36,565 bases of DNA, taken from positions 1 to 36,565 of the forward strand of contig JBFXGD010000019.1 of the NCBI GenBank assembly GCA_050178385.1, written 5' to 3'. Under the pieces are notes generated by a model. It searched no databases. It saw nothing but the letters and a program-made list of their open reading frames with translations, and had not been told where the DNA came from. Source of the stretch: Calditrichaceae bacterium. GTDB taxonomy: Bacteria; Calditrichota; Calditrichia; Calditrichales; JBFXGD01. A program made the translations under genes and the position numbers. This document shows, piece by piece, positions 9,535 to 20,025 of the stretch; the stretch's first letter is position 1, and the number at the start of each line of letters is the position of its first letter.

Positions 9535-12273
9535 TTACTGATGCGCTTCCAGCCAGTTTCGGCCGATACCTGCATCCACAACTATCGGAACAGATAGTTT
9601 TAAAGAGTTTTCCATAATCGATTTGATTTTCTTACCAAACTCATCCGCAATGGAATTAGCAACGTCAAAAACAAGCTCATCATGTACCTGTAGAATCATT
9701 CTCGCGTCAATTTTTTCTTTTTTAAGATACTCATGGATGTCGATCATCGCTTTTTTGATCAAATCAGCAGCCGATCCCTGAATCGGCGTGTTTATAGCCG
9801 TTCTTTCCGCAAATTCTCTGACTTGTCTGTTTGTACTCCGAATTTCAGGTAAATATCTTCTTCGGTGCATGATGGTTTCGACAAATCCGTTCTCGGATGC
9901 TTGTGCAATACACTTTCCCATAAATGACTGGATACCGGGGTAAGTCGCGAAATAGCCATAGATGAATTCTTTCGCCTCCCCGTTGCTTATTTTAAGACGA
10001 TTTGCAAGCCCGTATTCATTCATACCATACATAATTCCGAAATTAATTTCTTTCGCTTTTCTCCTGTGATCCGGCATAACATCGGCAATCGGAATACCAA
10101 AAATTAACGCCGCCGTGGAAGCGTGAATATCCGCATTATTCTTAAAACTTTCGATCATCGTTTTATCTTTTGATAAATGGGCCATTATCCTCAGCTCGAT
10201 CTGCGAATAGTCAGCGCTAAGAATTGAATGATCCGGTGAAGACGCTATGAATGCTTTCCGGGTTTCCCTTCCAAGTTCCGTTCTTATGGGAATATTCTGT
10301 AAATTCGGATTACTGCTGGAAAGTCTTCCGGTTGCCGCTATGGTCTGATTAAACGAAGTATGAACCTTACCTGTTTTGGGATGAATTAACTTCGGAAGCG
10401 CGTCGATGTATGTGCTTTTTAGTTTTGTTAATTTGCGGTAATTCAAAATCTTCTCAATCAAAGGATGTTCACTGTATCTTTCAAGAATATTTTCTGATGT
10501 TGAATACTGTCCGGTTTTTGTCTTTTGTGGTTTTCGGGAACCCAGTTCTGTATGAATCGTGAGCTTTTCAAACATGATCATTCCCAGCTGTTGCGGGGAA
10601 TTGATGTTGAATTTTTCACCGGCAATATCATAAATTTCCTTTTCTGTTTTGCTGAGTTCAGTTCCCAGCTCAACAGACATTTTACCGAGAAATTCCTTGT
10701 CGAGTTTGACACCGTTACGCTCTATTTTCATCAACACCGGGACCAGCGGCATTTCCAGCTCATGAAAAAGTTTATCCTGATTGTTTTTATGAAGTATGGG
10801 TGCAAAAATATTTCTTAGCTTTAATGTGATGTCTGCGTCTTCCGCGGCATAATCTGAAACTTTTCCCGCAGGAATATCCGTCATAAGTTTTTGATTCTTA
10901 CCGGTTCCAATTAACTCCTCTATATGGATGGTCTGGTAATTGAGATGATATTCAGCCATTTTATCCAGATTATGCTGTCTTCCGGACGGATCAATAAGAT
11001 ATGACGCTATCATCGTATCAAAATAAATTCCTTCAACCGGAATACCGTGTTCTTCCATGATACTGGCATCATATTTAATATTCTGACCTGATTTCCTGAT
11101 GTTTTTGGCCGTAAAAATGGGCCATAACGTCTCAATAACCATTTTTTTGTCAAGCGAAATATCAGGATGCTTAAGAGGAATGTAATATGCTTCATTCTCC
11201 TTCCAGGCGATCGCAATTCCCGCGATTTCAGCGTCCAGAAAATCCAGCGAACTTGTCTCAAGATCAAATACAAATTCATCTTGTTTTGAGAGTTCATTCA
11301 CCAGTTTGATAAATTTAGCATCCGTGTCAACCAGATGATATTTGACAGAGAGATCTTCCTGTTTGCTGAATAATTCTGCCTGCCCCGCGCCTGATTTTTG
11401 CGCGATTTTCAGCATTCTGTCATACAGCCGTCTGAACTCAAGTTCTTTAAGTAATTTATCGGCTACTTCCATATCCCATATTTTAAATTCAAGGTTTTTT
11501 AGATCAACATTCAGAGGCGTATTCAGATCAATCGTCGCGAGTTTTTTGGATAAGGAAGTCTGCTCCTTAAATCCAATGAGATTTCTCTTAACCACACCTT
11601 CTTTTAATTGATCAATTCCATCATAAATTCCGTCAATGCTCCCATAATCTTGCAACAATTGTGTCGCTGTTTTAGGACCTATCTTTGGAATGCCGGGAAT
11701 GTTATCGGAGGTGTCGCCTATCAGCGCCAGCCAGTCAACAATCTGTTCAGGCCTAATGCCGAACTTTTTTTGAATTTCGGAAGAACCCAGAATATCCGCG
11801 GGCTGACCTGTTTTACCGGGCATGTAAAGAAATACGTTCTTGTTAACAAGCTGAGCCATATCCTTGTCGCCTGAAAAGATGAACACATCCATCTCAGGCG
11901 ATGCAAAGCGATGCGCCAGCGTTCCTATGATGTCATCCGCTTCGTACCCATCCTTATCAAGAAGGACAAACTCAAATGATTTCAGAGTACTTACGAGTCG
12001 CGGATACTGCTCAGCCATCTCATCAGGCATTTTCTCACGTGTCGCCTTGTACGGCTCATATATTTTATGTCTGAACGTTGGTTCTTTTGTGTCGAAGATA
12101 ACCGCGACGTAATCCGGATTCTCATCTTCGATTAGTTTAATCATCGAATTTAAAAAACCGTATGTCGCTGAAGTATTTTCACCTTTAGAATTGATGAGGG
12201 GATTGCGAATGAATGCAAAATAGCTGCGGTAGTAAATCGCTGAACCATCTACAAGAAAAAGTTTCTTGCTCAT
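9535..12273 (-). CDS. polA: DNA polymerase I
   Basis: 5'-nuclease (EADDIIGT, GDTSDNIPG), 3'-5' exonuclease (FDLET, YAAEDA), polymerase motifs (TGRLSS, DYSQIELR, QVHDEL). Confidence 0.98.
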   Translation of the reverse strand: MSKKLFLVDGSAIYYRSYFAFIRNPLINSKGENTSATYGFLNSMIKLIEDENPDYVAVIFDTKEPTFRHKIYEPYKATREKMPDEMAEQYPRLVSTLKSFEFVLLDKDGYEADDIIGTLAHRFASPEMDVFIFSGDKDMAQLVNKNVFLYMPGKTGQPADILGSSEIQKKFGIRPEQIVDWLALIGDTSDNIPGIPKIGPKTATQLLQDYGSIDGIYDGIDQLKEGVVKRNLIGFKEQTSLSKKLATIDLNTPLNVDLKNLEFKIWDMEVADKLLKELEFRRLYDRMLKIAQKSGAGQAELFSKQEDLSVKYHLVDTDAKFIKLVNELSKQDEFVFDLETSSLDFLDAEIAGIAIAWKENEAYYIPLKHPDISLDKKMVIETLWPIFTAKNIRKSGQNIKYDASIMEEHGIPVEGIYFDTMIASYLIDPSGRQHNLDKMAEYHLNYQTIHIEELIGTGKNQKLMTDIPAGKVSDYAAEDADITLKLRNIFAPILHKNNQDKLFHELEMPLVPVLMKIERNGVKLDKEFLGKMSVELGTELSKTEKEIYDIAGEKFNINSPQQLGMIMFEKLTIHTELGSRKPQKTKTGQYSTSENILERYSEHPLIEKILNYRKLTKLKSTYIDALPKLIHPKTGKVHTSFNQTIAATGRLSSSNPNLQNIPIRTELGRETRKAFIASSPDHSILSADYSQIELRIMAHLSKDKTMIESFKNNADIHASTAALIFGIPIADVMPDHRRKAKEINFGIMYGMNEYGLANRLKISNGEAKEFIYGYFATYPGIQSFMGKCIAQASENGFVETIMHRRRYLPEIRSTNRQVREFAERTAINTPIQGSAADLIKKAMIDIHEYLKKEKIDARMILQVHDELVFDVANSIADEFGKKIKSIMENSLKLSVPIVVDAGIGRNWLEAHQ

Positions 12274-12286
12274 ATATCAAGCCTCT

Positions 12287-14668
12287 TTATTTCAAAGTGA
12301 CTATTGTCACCCCGGCATCTCCTTCTCCCCATTTGCCCAGGCGGTATGATTTAATATTTTTCAATCCTGAAAGAAATTTATGCACAGCCTGACGCAGCGC
12401 TCCCGTTCCTTTTCCGTGAATCAGGCACACCTCATTCCACGAACTCAAGACAGCGAGATCCAGATATGCTTCAATCTCACTTACAGCGTCTTCTGTCAGC
12501 ATCCCTCTCAGATCCAGCTCATTTGGTATATTCGCGGAAATCCCGGACATCCCCGAATGCTGCTGCATCTGTTCCCGGGGTTGGGCATCCTTTACCTGAC
12601 CATGTTCATCGAGGATTTCAATATCTGCCCAATTAACCGTTATTTTGATTCCGTCTCTGTTTATTTCAACTTCTTTTTTACCCTTGAAAAGTTTAGAGAC
12701 GACACCGGTGAAACCGAACGATTTCGAACGCACTCTTTGACCGGGGACGAGTTGATCAATATTAAGCGAAACAGAGCCCTGTTTTTTGCCTAATCCGGCG
12801 TCTATTTCTTTTTTCTTTTTTTCGATTACTTCTTTCGCTTTTTTTATAACGGTACGATCACCTTGTGATTCCCGAATTTCCCGGACGACCGCTTCTATCT
12901 CTTTATTCACATTGTCGAGAATCATTTTTGCTTCCGTGAGAGATTCCTTCTCCAATTTTTTCCGGTTTTTGGTGAAAGTCTCATTTTTTATACCATAAAG
13001 CTTGATTAAACCATTCAGTTCAGATTCTCTTATGCTGAGCTTTTCAGATAACTCTTTATAATGCTGACTTTTTTTAACAACATCGGCCAAAAGCTGATCT
13101 AGTTTAAATGTCTCCTGCCCCGTTATTGAGATGGCTCTCTCAATCATACTTTCATCGAGTCCCAAACGCCGGCAGATTTCAAAGGTATAACTGCTCCCAG
13201 GGATCCCCATCTCAAGTGAGAACATTGGTGTTAAATGATTGCTGTCGAACTGCATAGCCGCATTTCCGATTCCCTCAGTTTGGCCACCAAAAGATTTTAA
13301 CTGATTCTGATGGGTTGTCACAATCGTGATGATACCCTTACGATTCAGTTTTTCAAGTATGGAGATCGCCAAAGCCGCGCCTCCCGATGGCTCTGTTCCA
13401 CTGCCAATTTCATCGATCAGAACAAGCGCGTTATCATCAACATGATTTAATATCTCATTTAAATCCTTGATATGTGACGAGAAAGTGCTCAAATCCTGTT
13501 CAATTGACTGTTTATCGCCTATGACGGTAAATATCTGACTGCAGACCGGCATCCTTGTTCCTTCGTCCACAGGGATATGGAATCCGCTCTGAAACAACAG
13601 CTGAAGCAGGCCGATCGTTTTTAGCGTGACTGTCTTACCGCCCGCGTTCGGTCCCGAAATAATCAGTTCATTGTTATCTTTTCCGACAAGCAGATTCAGC
13701 GGAACGGTGTCATTCTGAATTTTCTTCAAAAGTACAGGATGCTTTCCATTCCTTATATCCCAAAAGAATTCAGCATTTACTTCAGGAGGATTTGCACTAA
13801 ATTCATTCGCGTACTTTGCCTTGGCCTGAAGCACATCCAAATCGGTCAGAATATTTAGATTCTTCAAAAGGTCGGTCTGTTCTTCACGAATTAAATTAGA
13901 AAGCCGTTTGAGTATTTTTATAATCTCTTTATTTTCATCCATAAAGAGTCTTTGAATCTGGTTATTAAGATCAACCGCTTCCATGGGTTCCACAAAATAT
14001 GTGGCTCCGGATCCGGACTGTCCGTGAACAATTCCTTTGATTTTTGAAACAGAATACTCTCTTACAGGAAGAACGAGCCGGCCGTCCCGTAAGGTGACGT
14101 ATTCTTCCTGCAGAAATTCAGAATTTTTTCGGATGATCCGCTGCAGTCGGATATGCACTTCATTTTGAAGCTGATGAATAGCTTTTCGGATTGTCTTCAG
14201 CTCAGTACTGGCATTATCATAAATCTGACCGGATGGATCGATAGTGAACTTGAGCTGATTGAGCAGAGTCTTTTTTTCCACCAGCCTGCTAATTATTTCA
14301 GTAAGCTCGGGATATTTATCTTTAATTTTTATAAAAAACGCGCATATGTCAGCGACAATTTCAACAAAATTCTGTATTTTCAGACAATCCGCGATCTCCA
14401 GATAACTCTCTGCCGGTTCAATTCTGCCAAGAAGTATCCGTATATCTTCAAACTCCCATATAGGCAGCCCTCCATCCGCAAGATATATTTCCCGCATCTC
14501 ACTAATCTGAATTAAAATTTTGTTCAGCATCCGGGGATCTGTAAGCGGATGACTATTATTCAGACGGTTTCTGCCTGTTTCGGAAACGCATTTTAATGAG
14601 ATAAAATCAATGATTTTCTCATATTCCAGGGCTTGCCGTGCCTTTTCGAAGCCATACATTTTTAACAT
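12287..14668 (-). CDS. mutS2: MutS2 ATPase with Smr domain
   Basis: SGPNAGGKT Walker A, LSTFSSH, DEIGSGT, C-terminal LDLRG...IHGKGTGAL Smr domain. Confidence 0.96.
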   Translation of the reverse strand: MLKMYGFEKARQALEYEKIIDFISLKCVSETGRNRLNNSHPLTDPRMLNKILIQISEMREIYLADGGLPIWEFEDIRILLGRIEPAESYLEIADCLKIQNFVEIVADICAFFIKIKDKYPELTEIISRLVEKKTLLNQLKFTIDPSGQIYDNASTELKTIRKAIHQLQNEVHIRLQRIIRKNSEFLQEEYVTLRDGRLVLPVREYSVSKIKGIVHGQSGSGATYFVEPMEAVDLNNQIQRLFMDENKEIIKILKRLSNLIREEQTDLLKNLNILTDLDVLQAKAKYANEFSANPPEVNAEFFWDIRNGKHPVLLKKIQNDTVPLNLLVGKDNNELIISGPNAGGKTVTLKTIGLLQLLFQSGFHIPVDEGTRMPVCSQIFTVIGDKQSIEQDLSTFSSHIKDLNEILNHVDDNALVLIDEIGSGTEPSGGAALAISILEKLNRKGIITIVTTHQNQLKSFGGQTEGIGNAAMQFDSNHLTPMFSLEMGIPGSSYTFEICRRLGLDESMIERAISITGQETFKLDQLLADVVKKSQHYKELSEKLSIRESELNGLIKLYGIKNETFTKNRKKLEKESLTEAKMILDNVNKEIEAVVREIRESQGDRTVIKKAKEVIEKKKKEIDAGLGKKQGSVSLNIDQLVPGQRVRSKSFGFTGVVSKLFKGKKEVEINRDGIKITVNWADIEILDEHGQVKDAQPREQMQQHSGMSGISANIPNELDLRGMLTEDAVSEIEAYLDLAVLSSWNEVCLIHGKGTGALRQAVHKFLSGLKNIKSYRLGKWGEGDAGVTIVTLK

Positions 14669-14678
14669 AATTCTCTGA

Positions 14679-15248
14679 TTAGAAATTGATCAATTTTTTT
14701 GCGGTCGTATCAGCTTGTTTAAAACCTTCTATGATCTGATCGTATAATTTCTCATTACCGGGGATGAATGCAACAATAAAATTATAAATATTGGGGGCAA
14801 ATCCTTTTACAATTCCGTAAACCGCGCTATTTTCTTTTCCGATTGCATTCAGCAATGTATCTGAACCCGGGAGAAAGTCTATCATTATTAAAAGAATACT
14901 CAGAACAAGAACGGTTTTAACAAACCCGAAGATCCCTCCGGCAATCTTATTAAACGGCTGAAGAAATGTGAGAGACGCAAAACTGTTGAGGAGTTTACTT
15001 AATAGCCTTACTATGAGGTTCACAGCAAAAAAGAGTACTATAAAACCGATAATTCTGGCCGCGAATTCAGGGAGTGACGGGAATGATTCAACCAAAAACT
15101 GAGCGACCGGTTGAAGATAGTAGACAGCAATAAAAAAACCGAGGATGAGTGCAACCAGAGTCATTAACTCTGTAATTAGTCCTCTGAATAATCCCCGGAT
15201 AGTAAATATTGCTATTATGATGATAATAGTGATGTCTAAATAGTTCAT
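14679..15248 (-). CDS. cvpA: CvpA family membrane protein
   Basis: MNYLD...RGLFRGLI.E, four hydrophobic segments, NKIAGGIFG; adjacent to mutS2. Confidence 0.88.
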   Translation of the reverse strand: MNYLDITIIIIIAIFTIRGLFRGLITELMTLVALILGFFIAVYYLQPVAQFLVESFPSLPEFAARIIGFIVLFFAVNLIVRLLSKLLNSFASLTFLQPFNKIAGGIFGFVKTVLVLSILLIMIDFLPGSDTLLNAIGKENSAVYGIVKGFAPNIYNFIVAFIPGNEKLYDQIIEGFKQADTTAKKLINF

Positions 15249-15700
15249 TATTCCTGATTTGAGAGCAGTTTCTTTACGAGATTCTGTACTATTTTGCCGT
15301 CGGCTGCGCCTTTAAGACGGACCATCGCCAGCCCCATTACCTTTCCCATATCCTTAACTGAAACGGCTCCCGATTCAGCTATTATGATATTTATAATCTC
15401 CACGATTTTTTCTTCCGAAAGTTGTTCGGGAAGATATTTTTCTATAATACCTATTTCCTGAAGCTCTTTATCCGCGAGATCCTGACGGTTACCCTGCTTG
15501 TATATTTCACTGGAATCTCTGCGTTTCTTCACCGCGCTTGAGAGAACTTTGATCACATCTTCATCATTCAACTCGCGTTTCAATCGAATCCGTTCATCCT
15601 TAATCTGCGCGACAACGGTCCGCAAGGTAGAGAGATCCAGTTTTCTGCCTTCTTTCAAGGCAGTCTGCATATCTTTATGAATCTTCTCGTCAAGAGCCAT
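15248..15700 (-). CDS. yqeY: GatB/YqeY domain protein
   Basis: KKRRDS...GNRQDLADKE...YLPEQLS...DMGKVMG...ADG; follows rpsU. Confidence 0.93.
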   Translation of the reverse strand: MALDEKIHKDMQTALKEGRKLDLSTLRTVVAQIKDERIRLKRELNDEDVIKVLSSAVKKRRDSSEIYKQGNRQDLADKELQEIGIIEKYLPEQLSEEKIVEIINIIIAESGAVSVKDMGKVMGLAMVRLKGAADGKIVQNLVKKLLSNQE

Positions 15701-15715
15701 AATCCATCCGTTATA

Positions 15716-15913
15716 TTAGCGATTCATTTCAGCCATCAATTTACGCATTTTTCTTTTAGCCTGGTTCATTCTTCTTTTTCTCTGCTCACTGGGCTTTTCA
15801 AAATGCTGGTGTTTTTTAATATCGGCCATCAATCCCGATTTCTCACAAGATTTTGTAAATCTTTTAAATGCTTTCTCAAATGGTTCATTATCACGGATTT
15901 TGACAGTAATCAT
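15716..15913 (-). CDS. rpsU: 30S ribosomal protein S21
   Basis: VKIRDNEPFEKAFKRF...HFEKPSEQRKR. Confidence 0.96.
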   Translation of the reverse strand: MITVKIRDNEPFEKAFKRFTKSCEKSGLMADIKKHQHFEKPSEQRKRRMNQAKRKMRKLMAEMNR

Positions 15914-15937
15914 AAATGGGTCACGCCTTTCTATTTA

Positions 15938-16816
15938 TTAATATGAATATTTATCGGGATTTGTAAGAATTTCAATTTCATATTCCGCCGCTTGTTTCCA
16001 GCTCCGGTCAGATGCCGCCATCTTATAATACTGAATTGCTTTCTGAGTTTGACCGGTTCCCTTATAAACTTCGGCTAAATTAAAATTCGCGCCTGCTTTT
16101 ATCGTGCTGCTTGTTGACAAGCCGACCGCCGTATTTAGTGCTTCTTCAGCCTGATTATACTTTTTCATCGCCAGGTAAACAACACCCAGCCGATAGTAAT
16201 AATCACCCTGCTTAATTCTTTTCTTTTCTGTTTTAATGGCATTTTCAAAGGCATCAACCGATTTATCAAATTCTCTTAAATTTTGATAGGCTAATCCAAG
16301 CACATTAAATCCCAGTGAATAAGTCGGATCCGATTTCACCGATTTTTCCAGATATCTCACCGCGTCTCTGTTCTCTTTTTGATCAAAAAGTAACTTTCCA
16401 AGCCCAAAATTTGCTTCACTGGAAGTTTCGTTAAATGCAAGAACAGCTTTGTAAGTATTCATTGCATCAGCGTCTTTTTGTAAAGCAGACTGAAGATATG
16501 CAAGCGCTATATAAGCCTTTTCAAACTGGCTGTCTAATTTAATCGCCTGCCTGTAAGAATTTTCGGCCTTATCGTACTGACCTGTTTTTTTATAGGCATA
16601 TCCAAGCATATAGTAGGCTTGCGGAAAATTATTATCTGCTTTTATCGCTTCAAGATATTTGTTGACAGCCTCATTATACTTTTGCTTTTTTACAAAATTA
16701 TTTCCTTCGTTGTATGCCTGCCCGGCAGCAGGGTCTTTTTCCACTGCCGACTGGCCAAACAGCAGCTGAGCGCTCAAAAACATTAAAATGATAAGAAAAA
16801 AACTTCTTTTCACCAA
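15938..16816 (-). CDS. Exported tetratricopeptide-repeat protein
   Basis: Signal peptide plus about 7 TPR units (AYYMLGYAY...A.NSYRQAIKLDS etc.). GGGAGG SD; start TTG 16816 or GTG 16813. Confidence 0.88.
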   Translation of the reverse strand: MVKRSFFLIILMFLSAQLLFGQSAVEKDPAAGQAYNEGNNFVKKQKYNEAVNKYLEAIKADNNFPQAYYMLGYAYKKTGQYDKAENSYRQAIKLDSQFEKAYIALAYLQSALQKDADAMNTYKAVLAFNETSSEANFGLGKLLFDQKENRDAVRYLEKSVKSDPTYSLGFNVLGLAYQNLREFDKSVDAFENAIKTEKKRIKQGDYYYRLGVVYLAMKKYNQAEEALNTAVGLSTSSTIKAGANFNLAEVYKGTGQTQKAIQYYKMAASDRSWKQAAEYEIEILTNPDKYSY

Positions 16817-16881
16817 ACCAACCTCCCGGCTTTATTATTATTTTCTACTTCCGGACGCAATAATGCGCACTAAAAGCGTGT

Positions 16882-16910
16882 AATATAATAATTTATTATT
16901 AATGTATCAA
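16882..16910 (-). promoter_or_regulatory. Putative sigma70 promoter for the TPR-rpsU-yqeY-cvpA-mutS2-polA run
   Basis: TTGATA-17-TATATT. Confidence 0.55.
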
Positions 16911-16992
16911 GTATGTATTTTCCGAGAATTTAAAAGATGTAACTAAAAATACGAAAATTTTGTTTCCAAATCATGACAGCATTGATGAGAAA

Positions 16993-17703
16993 CTACAATT
17001 CTTCCATTTTCTTTTTGATATTTTCTTCGATTTCGAACATGGCATTAGGAATGTTGACATAGTTAGTGGTACGTATTTCCATGGAATTTATAAAATTTTC
17101 AAGTTCCTGGAGCACAAATGTAATCTTCTGTGTTTCTTTTATACTGATTTTTGACAACTTTTTTGAACGGTTTATATTCATAGGATCCTGTTCAGAAAGC
17201 TGTGCGTAACCGTATATTGTTGTAGTGGCGTTATTTATATAGTGAGCAAGAGTGGCGAGAACCTGACGGAGAGTCTCAATTTTTGTCAGCATTTCATCTT
17301 TTTCTTTCCGCTGTTCATCGATTAGTTTCCGGTTTGCATAATCTTCACAGATTCTTTTTACCTTCGTGGGGAGTAAAGTAATATTTTCGGATGATTTGAT
17401 CAAAAAATCGTTCGCGCCGTTTTTTAATGTTTCAATTGCCGTCGTCAGTTGCCCGTCACCGGTGATCACAATAATCGGTATATCTGTCTGCTTGCGTATG
17501 ATCTTTGTTAGTTCATCCCCGGATGAATCCGGCAAATTGAAATCAAGCAGAATGATGTCCAACTCAAGCAGATTTACCTCATCCATCTGTTTTTTTGAAG
17601 AAACGATTTTAATGTCGCAGGAGAGTTCATCCCGCAGGATATCCCCTTCAAGAAAGGCATGATCTTCATCGTCTTCAACAATCAAAATTCTGTACTTATC
17701 CAT
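16993..17703 (-). CDS. Receiver domain + HisKA-like (DHp) domain, no ATPase domain
   Basis: ILIVEDD, LLDFNLPD, ITG, FLIK; then LAHYINNATTTIYGYAQL H-box-like helix; no N/G1/G2 boxes. Confidence 0.85.
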   Translation of the reverse strand: MDKYRILIVEDDEDHAFLEGDILRDELSCDIKIVSSKKQMDEVNLLELDIILLDFNLPDSSGDELTKIIRKQTDIPIIVITGDGQLTTAIETLKNGANDFLIKSSENITLLPTKVKRICEDYANRKLIDEQRKEKDEMLTKIETLRQVLATLAHYINNATTTIYGYAQLSEQDPMNINRSKKLSKISIKETQKITFVLQELENFINSMEIRTTNYVNIPNAMFEIEENIKKKMEEL

Positions 17704-17734
17704 CCCAGAGTCAGCCCTATTTTATTCAAAATAC

Positions 17735-19780
17735 TCATATTCGGTTGAAATTTAACTTCCTTAAGCATATAAAAAATGTACTGCCTGCTCCGGGTGAACT
17801 TTCCAGCCACATCCTCCCGGCAAGTTTCTCAACCATATTTTTAACAAGTGTTAGTCCCAAACCCGTTCCGAATGAAGCGGAAGGATAAAAATTCGGCAGT
17901 TTTTTATAACTTTGGAAAATGTCCTGTTGTTTATTGAGGGGAATACCAACGCCGTTATCTGAAATCGCAAAAATATATTCCTCCGAGTTTTGTGTAAAAG
18001 AAATATCTATTTGATTATTTTCATGATCATCGGGGAAATATTTACAGGCATTATCAATTAAATTTAAAAAAATATGTTTGACCAGATGGTAGTTTGAAAA
18101 AATCACCGGTAATTTTTGATTAATATGAATCACCACATGTTTTTTATCAAACTCAAACTGCAAATCATCTTTTATCGATTCCACAAGCATATTCATATCA
18201 ATTTCTGCGGCAGGACTATGCTGTTCCAATGTTTTAAAACTAATAAGTATATCCCTGATCATCTGCATTTCTTTTTCCATGTTTCTGCGGATTCTTTCAA
18301 GGCGATCCAAGATATCCGGTTCAAGCTGACCGGCATATTTACGATGGATTGAATCCACCAGTCCAGTGACATTTCTAAGCGGAGCATTCAGGTCATGCGA
18401 AACCAGTTTTAACATATTGTCTTTTTCGCGAATCGACTCGGCCAGCAATTTATTTGTTGTTTCGAGTTCAGTGGTACGCAACCGCACTTTCTTTTCAAGC
18501 GTTGCAAGGACATCAAAATTCTCCGCGCTAAAAGCAATGGTATTCGCCAGTAGAACCATCTTCTCCAGATCCTGATCAGAGATTCGCTTATTATCGCCCA
18601 GATAACCCACAACAATTGCCCCATGCCGCTGTGTTGATGTTGAAACAGGGATAAACGCAAAAGTACCTTTAAGATTAAACTTATCCAGAATGCTCTGGAA
18701 ATGAGGCGTCGATGATATATACTTGTTTGCCTGGTTGATTTCGATAAATTCTTTCGTGTTCTCGGGAATTAAATAATCAACAAACTCCTTGGCCAGTTTA
18801 TCGTTTATGAGAGTAAGCCCTTTGATTTGTGAACTGTAATATCTTAAAGAGTTTGATTCGCGAATAAAGAAAAAACTCATGTGATACCCGAATCTATCGG
18901 TAATATCCTCATTAATTCTTGAAAAAATCGAATACTTGGATTTTGTTTTTTTTAATTCAATTGATAAGTGAACCAGCCCGGACATAATTTCAATTTCACG
19001 ATCGAGCGCGTCTTGAATCAGGCGCTCCTTTTTGTGAGCCAGATCCAGAAGATTGGGCATATCATCTTTAAATTGTCTCAATTCTGCGATCTGTAAGGCG
19101 ATATCTGACATATTTCTGCTGATTTCCCTGAATTCTCTCGATTCGCCTATGACCTTATCAACCGTCACCTGGCCGGCCGCAAATAATTTTGTAATATTCA
19201 GCAGTCTTCTCGTGGGATTTGCGAGAATTCGATCAATGAAATAAATCAATAAAACTGAAGCAACCAACGTTATCAAAAAAAATACGATATTGGCGAAAAA
19301 CGCATTATTTTTTGCCACAAATGCCCGATCAGGCTTCAAGCCGGTAAAAATCGTCACCTTTGACTTGTCCGGTCCCTTTCTGGAGTACTCTGTGAGCAGC
19401 ACAAAAACAGGCACACCATTAATATTATGAATCCGTCCGGGATCAAGTTCTTCAATTTCGTTCATTTTCATAGAATCGGCAGGATAAAATACGGTGTGAT
19501 TCTCAAATTTAACACCGGCATATCTGATTCCCGGATATTGTTCGAGATAACTCACCAATTGCTCGGAGAAGACCTGATCATTCGCTTTTTCATCAATAAC
19601 CGCTTCAGCGATAAAGTCAATTTGTTCTTCAAAATCATTCTTGATATTATTCAAGGACCGAAAATAGATGAATCTGGGGTAAATTATTAACGCAATAAGA
19701 TTCACAAGAATCGTTATTGTAAGGATATACAGAATATATTTCGTTCTTACGGAATATTTTGAAATGTTCAAAATTGTCAT
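17735..19780 (-). CDS. Membrane sensor histidine kinase (2 TM, HAMP, GAF, HisKA, HATPase)
   Basis: SHDLNAPL H-box, NLIDNACKY, DNGVGI, GTGLGL; HAMP-like NPTRRLL...EFREISRNM. Start uncertain (ATG 19780 versus ORF-track 19825). Confidence 0.9.
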   Translation of the reverse strand: MTILNISKYSVRTKYILYILTITILVNLIALIIYPRFIYFRSLNNIKNDFEEQIDFIAEAVIDEKANDQVFSEQLVSYLEQYPGIRYAGVKFENHTVFYPADSMKMNEIEELDPGRIHNINGVPVFVLLTEYSRKGPDKSKVTIFTGLKPDRAFVAKNNAFFANIVFFLITLVASVLLIYFIDRILANPTRRLLNITKLFAAGQVTVDKVIGESREFREISRNMSDIALQIAELRQFKDDMPNLLDLAHKKERLIQDALDREIEIMSGLVHLSIELKKTKSKYSIFSRINEDITDRFGYHMSFFFIRESNSLRYYSSQIKGLTLINDKLAKEFVDYLIPENTKEFIEINQANKYISSTPHFQSILDKFNLKGTFAFIPVSTSTQRHGAIVVGYLGDNKRISDQDLEKMVLLANTIAFSAENFDVLATLEKKVRLRTTELETTNKLLAESIREKDNMLKLVSHDLNAPLRNVTGLVDSIHRKYAGQLEPDILDRLERIRRNMEKEMQMIRDILISFKTLEQHSPAAEIDMNMLVESIKDDLQFEFDKKHVVIHINQKLPVIFSNYHLVKHIFLNLIDNACKYFPDDHENNQIDISFTQNSEEYIFAISDNGVGIPLNKQQDIFQSYKKLPNFYPSASFGTGLGLTLVKNMVEKLAGRMWLESSPGAGSTFFICLRKLNFNRI

Positions 19781-19938
19781 CGCCGATTTTTTTTGTGAAT
19801 TCACTTTAATAAAATGAATCGGCAATTTCGGGCATAAATTGAGTTTGTTTTGAGTTTATGAATTATAATTAGCCAATGATCTGCGATTGACAAAGAAAAC
19901 GCTACTATTTCATCCTGTTAAACTAATTTATATTGACA

Positions 19939-19967
19939 TTGACTTCTGATCGGGTGACTCATATCTT
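19939..19967 (+). promoter_or_regulatory. Putative sigma70 promoter for the HicB/HicA-like fusion gene
   Basis: TTGACT-17-TATCTT, about 60 nt upstream of ATG 20026. Confidence 0.55.
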
Positions 19968-20025
19968 TTGACTGATGACGAAGTTTTTGTCATTCCGATA
20001 CCCTTTTTAATAAAAAGGAATCGTT

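Noticed and set aside
15938..16816. Periodic sequence pattern
   Set aside because: Explained by TPR protein repeats; not CRISPR or a tandem DNA repeat.
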